Shown here: piece by piece, positions 58,761-64,000 of the stretch | Layout of the letters: the number at the start of each line of letters is the position of its first letter | Position numbering within the stretch: position 1 is the stretch's first letter | Origin: Thermoplasmata archaeon | GTDB lineage: Archaea; Thermoplasmatota; Thermoplasmata; Thermoplasmatales; GCA-001856825 | DNA: 64,000 bases | Reading direction: 5' to 3' | NCBI GenBank assembly: GCA_021792255.1 | Contig: JAJYUZ010000001.1 | Location: forward strand, 416,001-480,000 | Translations under genes and position numbers: made by a program | The notes under the pieces: model-generated | What the model was told of the DNA's origin: nothing | The model's database searches: none | The model's input: only the letters and a program-made list of their open reading frames with translations

Positions 58761-59906
58761 TCACGACAAGAACTGGACTATTCTCTCTGCACCTTCTTCT
58801 AGATCCTTGTCAGCAAGAGCGAAGGATAGTCTGACCCTGTTTTTCCCAGAGGGTCCAAATCCAGAACCCGGGGTGACTAGCACCTTCTTTTGTTCCAGGA
58901 GACCGGTCGAAAATTCTTCGCCGGTCATCCCATTTTTAAGTCTAGGAAATGCATAGAAGGCTCCGGCCGGTTTATTGAATTCTATCTTGTCACTCTTTGT
59001 AAGGATGGAATGAAGAATGTCTCTTCTTTTCTGGAATATCTTTTTAAGACTTTCTGGAAATGCAGGTTCGTCTATCGCCTTCAAGGCGGCATATTGTGAA
59101 ACGGACGGAGCGCAGGTGATCGTGTGCTGCTGGTACGCGTCCATGTAGGATGTGAATTCTGGTGGAGAGATCAGATATCCGATCCTCCATCCCGTCATGG
59201 CGTGACTCTTTGAGAATCCGTTGATGATGAACGATCTCTCTCCCATCTCTGGATATGAGAGTATGGAAATGTGCTTACCTTCGTAGATTATCTTTTCATA
59301 GAGCTCGTCCGATACAACGTATAGATCGTTGTCTGCGGCCACTTCGGCGATACTCTTGATGTCTTGACTGGATGCGACCCAGCCGTGGGGATTGGATGGT
59401 GAATTTATAATGATCATCTTCGTCTTGTCGTCTATCTTCTCTTTGAGTCCTTCTATGTCTGGACTACCGTCACTCTTTGACGGAAAATATTTGGGTATTC
59501 CCCCAGCTATCTTGATTATCTCCGGATAAGATACAAAACTGGGGTCCTGTATCAGAACGTTGTCCCCAGGTTCTATAACTGCTTGCACGGCCATATTGAT
59601 TGCAAACTTTGCAGGAGTGACAATCACGTTGCCGCTCTTTATGTCCTTCCCCGTCATTCCGTGATACTTCTGTGCCACCTTGTCCCTTAACTCCTTGATT
59701 CCCAGAGAAGATGTGTAATGGGTCTTCCCCTCTCTTGCTTTCTTCGCTGCAAAATCTATAACGTCTTCGGGAGTCGTTGCATCCGGCTCTCCTACGCCGA
59801 ACGATATTGGGTTCTCTCCCTTTTCCTTGAGTTCTGCGAACTTGTTGTTGAGCGAAACTGTCGGAGAGGGAAGTATTGCTTTAAACCTTGACGATACCAT
59901 TTCCAC
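58761..59906 (-). CDS. Class I PLP aminotransferase (aspartate/aromatic)
   Basis: GEPD, NSPSNPHG, SDELYE, GFSKSHAMTGWRIGY, PGSGFG. Confidence 0.92.
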   Translation of the reverse strand: MEMVSSRFKAILPSPTVSLNNKFAELKEKGENPISFGVGEPDATTPEDVIDFAAKKAREGKTHYTSSLGIKELRDKVAQKYHGMTGKDIKSGNVIVTPAKFAINMAVQAVIEPGDNVLIQDPSFVSYPEIIKIAGGIPKYFPSKSDGSPDIEGLKEKIDDKTKMIIINSPSNPHGWVASSQDIKSIAEVAADNDLYVVSDELYEKIIYEGKHISILSYPEMGERSFIINGFSKSHAMTGWRIGYLISPPEFTSYMDAYQQHTITCAPSVSQYAALKAIDEPAFPESLKKIFQKRRDILHSILTKSDKIEFNKPAGAFYAFPRLKNGMTGEEFSTGLLEQKKVLVTPGSGFGPSGKNRVRLSFALADKDLEEGAERIVQFLS

Positions 59907-60138
59907 TTCATGTTCCTTTCAATATTTAAATTTCTGACCCTTCGGATGCTACTTATCTCATTCCTTCGGTGCTGTCCACCGGGTGCATAGAATGGAAATG
60001 TTTGGTTCTTCCTTTATATCTACTGACCTCCTTCCAACAAAGGTACTTGCCCTAATTCCTAGAGTACCTTTTGAGCAAAACAGAAGGGCTTTCCGTTTCG
60101 TTCAGAAAAAGTAAATAAATAAATCGGTTTTTAGTAAT

Positions 60139-60894
60139 GTGTCCATCCAGGTCAATTCTCTTAGCAAATTTTACGGGGATAAGCAGGTGCTATCTGATTT
60201 CTCTATAGAGATTAAAACCGGAGAAATCCACGGTATCCTGGGACCTAACGGATCCGGCAAGACTACCCTCCTAAAGATAATGGCCGGCATTTCACAATTC
60301 GATAAGGGAACGGTCACTGTGGGCGGAGTTGACGCAAAGTCTGATCAAATAGGTGTGAGGAAGATTGTCGGTTATGTTCCGGAGACCCCGTGGCTCTACG
60401 AAAGTCTTACACCTTACGAATATTTCAGCTTCATTGGCTCGATTAGAGAGATTCCTAATGATATCGCGGAGCGAAGAGCGAATGATCTTACCAAGGCGTT
60501 TGGAATGGAAGAGTACAATGACCAATTCATAGGGAGCCTGTCCTTTGGAACCAAACAAAAAGTCTCGATCATTGCCTCTCTGATACACGCTCCAAAAATA
60601 CTGATACTAGACGAAAGCATCAATGGGCTTGATCCTCAGTCTGCAAAGATATTCAGAGATCTGCTGAGGAGCCTTGCTCAGGACGGCATGACTGTCGTCT
60701 TCTCGACCCACATCCTGGAAATTGCTGAAAACGTGTGCAACGAAATTGCCATAATGAATACGGGTAAAATCGTGGCAGAGGGAAGAACAGAAGAACTTTT
60801 AAAAGAAAGAAATCTGGAAGACGTTTTCATTGGCCTCACCTCTACGGAAGATATCAGTTCTGTGGTGAACGCGTTAAGGGGAACTTTACGCTAG
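60139..60894 (+). CDS. ABC-2-type ATPase, no adjacent permease
   Basis: GPNGSGKT, LSFGTKQK, LDE, STH. Confidence 0.88.
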   Translation: MSIQVNSLSKFYGDKQVLSDFSIEIKTGEIHGILGPNGSGKTTLLKIMAGISQFDKGTVTVGGVDAKSDQIGVRKIVGYVPETPWLYESLTPYEYFSFIGSIREIPNDIAERRANDLTKAFGMEEYNDQFIGSLSFGTKQKVSIIASLIHAPKILILDESINGLDPQSAKIFRDLLRSLAQDGMTVVFSTHILEIAENVCNEIAIMNTGKIVAEGRTEELLKERNLEDVFIGLTSTEDISSVVNALRGTLR

Positions 60895-60936
60895 CCTTCG
60901 ACAAAATTATTAGTTGATGAACTTCATGCAATAGCT

Positions 60937-62022
60937 ATGTTATCATACAGCAAGATTTCTATTCCTCTAGTAAAACCATTCAAGACAAGTTTTGGAACTC
61001 AACTCACTCGAGATGCCATTTTGTTATTGTATCAAGACGGTGAGACCAGAGCATTCGCCGAGGCAGTCACAGAAAAGGGTCCGTATTACGGTTATGAGGA
61101 CAATTACACGGTTCTTCACGTAATGAACGACCATCTGAAAGGAATTTTTTCTCCTGATCTGGAACCGCATGAATTCAATGAGAAGGCCAGGAAGATTCGT
61201 GGACACAACATGGCAAAGGGTGCCGTGGAAATGTTGCTGTGGGATATTAACGCTAAGCGAGAAAGGAAACCTCTACACGAATTCCTGGGAAAGAGCAAGG
61301 GTTACGCAGATGTTGGAATTTCAATTGGAATGTCCACGATCGAAGACGAATTGAGGACCATAGAAGAATCCATAAAGAAGGGATTCAAGAGAATCAAAGT
61401 CAAGATTGAGAAGGGTTACAACGTAGAGTTGCTAAAGGCCATTAGAGAAAAATTTGGAGACGTCCCGATCAGCGCAGATGCAAATCAGGGGTTCACTAGG
61501 GCGGACTTCAAGCTCCTAAAAAAATTGGATGAATTCAATCTCGTGTACCTCGAACAACCTCTTCCGCTTGAGGACATCAACGGTCACGCCCTTCTGAAGA
61601 AGGAAATCAAGACTCCCATCTGCCTGGATGAAAGTATTGAATCCGTAGAATCAGCCATGAATGCGATTGAGAGGGGAGCGGTGGACGTCATAAACATTAA
61701 GCCTGGGAGAGTTGGAGGACTGCAGAATTCCCTTGACGTTATGGAAAAAGCCAAAGAGAACGACATAAAGATTTGGATAGGGGGGATGTTAGAGACCGGA
61801 ATTGGCAGATCATTCAACGTTTCATTGGCCGCTAATTCGTTGGTGAATATGCCTGGCGATACTTCGCCAAATTACAGATACTTTAAGAAGGACATAACGA
61901 ACGAGACCTTCGAAATGAAGGACGGCAAGATTTCACCGTTTAAGGGAGATGGAATTGGAGTATCCCTCGATTACGAATTCCTGAGTAAGGTGCAGATCGA
62001 AGGGGGCAGATTGCTTGATTGA
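60937..62022 (+). CDS. menC: o-succinylbenzoate synthase / N-acylamino acid racemase (NSAR/OSBS subfamily)
   Basis: PFKTSFG, RIKVKI, DAN, EQP, LDES, NIKPGRVGG, GGMLETG, PGDTS. Confidence 0.85.
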   Translation: MLSYSKISIPLVKPFKTSFGTQLTRDAILLLYQDGETRAFAEAVTEKGPYYGYEDNYTVLHVMNDHLKGIFSPDLEPHEFNEKARKIRGHNMAKGAVEMLLWDINAKRERKPLHEFLGKSKGYADVGISIGMSTIEDELRTIEESIKKGFKRIKVKIEKGYNVELLKAIREKFGDVPISADANQGFTRADFKLLKKLDEFNLVYLEQPLPLEDINGHALLKKEIKTPICLDESIESVESAMNAIERGAVDVINIKPGRVGGLQNSLDVMEKAKENDIKIWIGGMLETGIGRSFNVSLAANSLVNMPGDTSPNYRYFKKDITNETFEMKDGKISPFKGDGIGVSLDYEFLSKVQIEGGRLLD

Positions 62023-63121
62023 TTTGACGGAAGTAGAGAAGATATATCCGCTGATGGTAGAATATAGGAGATACATCCACGAGAATCCAGAGCTCGGAAT
62101 GGAAACTGTTGAGACAAAAAATTACGTGAAAAAACTTGCCAACGATCTGGGATTTGTGGTAAGAGAGATTGGAAACGGTCTCATCGTTGATTCGGGAAAA
62201 TCGCCACGAATTGCACTGAGAGCCGATATGGATTCTCTTCCGATAGTGGAGGAGACGGGGCTCGCCTTCTCTTCCAAGAACATGGGAAAGATGCACGCTT
62301 GTGGCCACGATTTGCACACGTCGGTGTTGATGGGTGCAATGATCTACTGCAAGAGGATGAGCCTAAAGCCCGTACGATTTATTTTCCAGCCTGGAGAGGA
62401 AATCGGACAAGGCGCGTCAATGATGATAGAGGGTGGTTCGCTGGACGGAATATCTCACACCTTCGGACTTCATTCCTGGCCCGCCTTGAACGTGGGAGAA
62501 TATTCTATTTGCAGAGGAAAGGCTATGGCCGCGGTAGATAGTTTTGAAATAAAAGTGAAAGGAAAGGGTGGACACGGCGCCTACCCTCATCTAGCATACG
62601 ACACCATCCTGGAATCATCACGCATAATCCAATATCTACTTACCGTGCCTGCTAGAAAAATAGACCCGCTAGATTCTGCGGTCCTGAGTATAGGCTACGT
62701 GAACGGGGGAAAGGCGAACAACATAATTCCTGCAGAAGTCAATATTGGAGGGACAGTAAGAACCTACAAGAGCGAGGATTCGGAGATCATTGAGAATGAA
62801 ATTAACAAACTGAAGGGAGAGCACGTCGAAATCTCTTATCACAGGGAGCTACCTCCTCTGATAAACGAAGAGAAATTTTCCAAACTTGTGGATTCTGTCG
62901 CTTCCAAATACGTCAAGCAAGTCGAAGCAAAACCGACAATGGGAGGAGAAGATTTTGCATATTACTGTTCAAAGGTTCCGAGTGCATTTGCGTTTCTCGG
63001 AACGGGCAAGATCCAGGGCAGAGAAGTTTCTAAACACTCGAGCGTATTCGATATAAACGAGGAAGCTCTGAAATATGGCCTTCTGCTGCATTTATCTGCC
63101 ATCTATTCCACCTTGGTTTAG
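62015..63121 (+). CDS. M20D amidohydrolase (aminoacylase/desuccinylase-like)
   Basis: HENPEL, LRADMD, MHACGHD, QPGEE, GGHGA, GEDF. Confidence 0.9.
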   Translation: MIDLTEVEKIYPLMVEYRRYIHENPELGMETVETKNYVKKLANDLGFVVREIGNGLIVDSGKSPRIALRADMDSLPIVEETGLAFSSKNMGKMHACGHDLHTSVLMGAMIYCKRMSLKPVRFIFQPGEEIGQGASMMIEGGSLDGISHTFGLHSWPALNVGEYSICRGKAMAAVDSFEIKVKGKGGHGAYPHLAYDTILESSRIIQYLLTVPARKIDPLDSAVLSIGYVNGGKANNIIPAEVNIGGTVRTYKSEDSEIIENEINKLKGEHVEISYHRELPPLINEEKFSKLVDSVASKYVKQVEAKPTMGGEDFAYYCSKVPSAFAFLGTGKIQGREVSKHSSVFDINEEALKYGLLLHLSAIYSTLV

Positions 63122-63139
63122 TTAAAATAACATTTATTA

Positions 63140-63532
63140 TTGATGCTGTTATTTGGTAGAGTGGTCGATCCCGCAACGAATTATTTTTCCTGCACCGATA
63201 AGGAGAGGGCAATTTTCGAGGCTGGAGTTAAACTAGGTTCAATTTATCATCAATATACAGGAATACCAATCAACGAGAACAACGTCGATTATGTGGAGAG
63301 AGCTATTGAAAAGGCAACTGCCGCTCAACCTTTCGTAACCAAAGTGAAGGTGAGCGTCGATAGGAGAAAAGTTGGAAAGGCTAAATCCACATACAGGTAC
63401 AAGACCCTTCTGGGAGACATGATGGACGTCAGATTGCAGATCAGGTACGGAAATGCGGTCGTAGAAGGAAAGATGGCATGGGTTCCCTCAATGAGATACC
63501 CCCTAATGAGATTCAAGGTGCTCAAGGGATGA
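63140..63532 (+). CDS. mptD: Archaeal dihydroneopterin aldolase (MptD)
   Basis: YF...DKERAIFEAGVKLGSIYHQYTGIP and C-terminal YPLM. Confidence 0.85.
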   Translation: MMLLFGRVVDPATNYFSCTDKERAIFEAGVKLGSIYHQYTGIPINENNVDYVERAIEKATAAQPFVTKVKVSVDRRKVGKAKSTYRYKTLLGDMMDVRLQIRYGNAVVEGKMAWVPSMRYPLMRFKVLKG

Positions 63533-64000
63533 AGGTAAAAATCTCACTGGCCGGACTTCCTGGAGTTGGAAAGACCCAAACGCTCCTCAAAACGATTGAC
63601 ATTCTTGAAAAAGAGGGAAACGTCATCGGTGGAATCCTGACCGAGAAGGTCATGGACGGAAAGGAGTCAGTCGGCCTTAAGGTGCTGGATTGGCACAGCA
63701 AGAATTCGATCATATTCGCGCACAAGAGCATAAACTCGAGGATCAGAATAGGAAAATTTGGGGTAGACCTGAAGGCATTTGATCAGGTCGCGATTCCTGC
63801 GATTGAATGGTCGAGAGACAACGCTGACGTAATAGTCGTTGATGAAGTAGGCAAAATCGAGCAAGAGAGCAAGCCATACACAGAGATAGTTAAAGAGGTA
63901 ATCGAGCTGGACAAGATGATGATTCTTACCCTACACAAGAAAGGTAGAAACCCCCTGCTCCAGGAGGTTAAGAAAAGGGACGACGTCAGGAGTCTGGAGG
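63529..64000 (+). CDS. THEP1-family NTPase, 3' truncated by the window
   Basis: GLPGVGKT Walker A, GGILTE, IGKFGV, IVVDEVGKIE; ATGA overlap with mptD. Confidence 0.88.
   Translation, partial: MKVKISLAGLPGVGKTQTLLKTIDILEKEGNVIGGILTEKVMDGKESVGLKVLDWHSKNSIIFAHKSINSRIRIGKFGVDLKAFDQVAIPAIEWSRDNADVIVVDEVGKIEQESKPYTEIVKEVIELDKMMILTLHKKGRNPLLQEVKKRDDVRSLE

Noticed and set aside
1-64000. CRISPR array, rRNA, integrase/provirus, long tandem repeats
   Set aside because: None seen by eye; the many short antisense ORFs in the track are shadows of real genes.

Overview
Archaeal chromosomal window. Rpo6, Nop5, JAMM protease, TrmB, archaeal dihydroneopterin aldolase, CCA-less tRNAs and a probable GDGT ring synthase point to an archaeon, most likely Thermoplasmata/Thermoplasmatales-like (inference). 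The stand-out is a ~24 kb cluster (16.4-40.4 kb) that appears to encode near-complete catabolism of BACTERIAL peptidoglycan, a polymer archaea do not make. It comprises a surface-anchored Cys/His amidase-like hydrolase, an archaeal-type Opp ABC importer, and cytoplasmic-looking NagZ, NamZ, AmiE-like amidase, DacB, YkfC, YkfB, MurK-like kinase, MurQ, NagA and a GlmA-like GNAT. A GlcD/GlcF dehydrogenase and LysA could dispose of the D-lactate and meso-DAP by-products. Also present: a tRNA-Lys-adjacent arsenic operon with a PEPCK pseudogene remnant, a TrmB-associated maltodextrin locus, tRNA-Leu, housekeeping genes, an IS256 scar, a VapBC pair and an NSAR/OSBS-M20 pair. All calls come from motif recognition by eye; no database searches were run.
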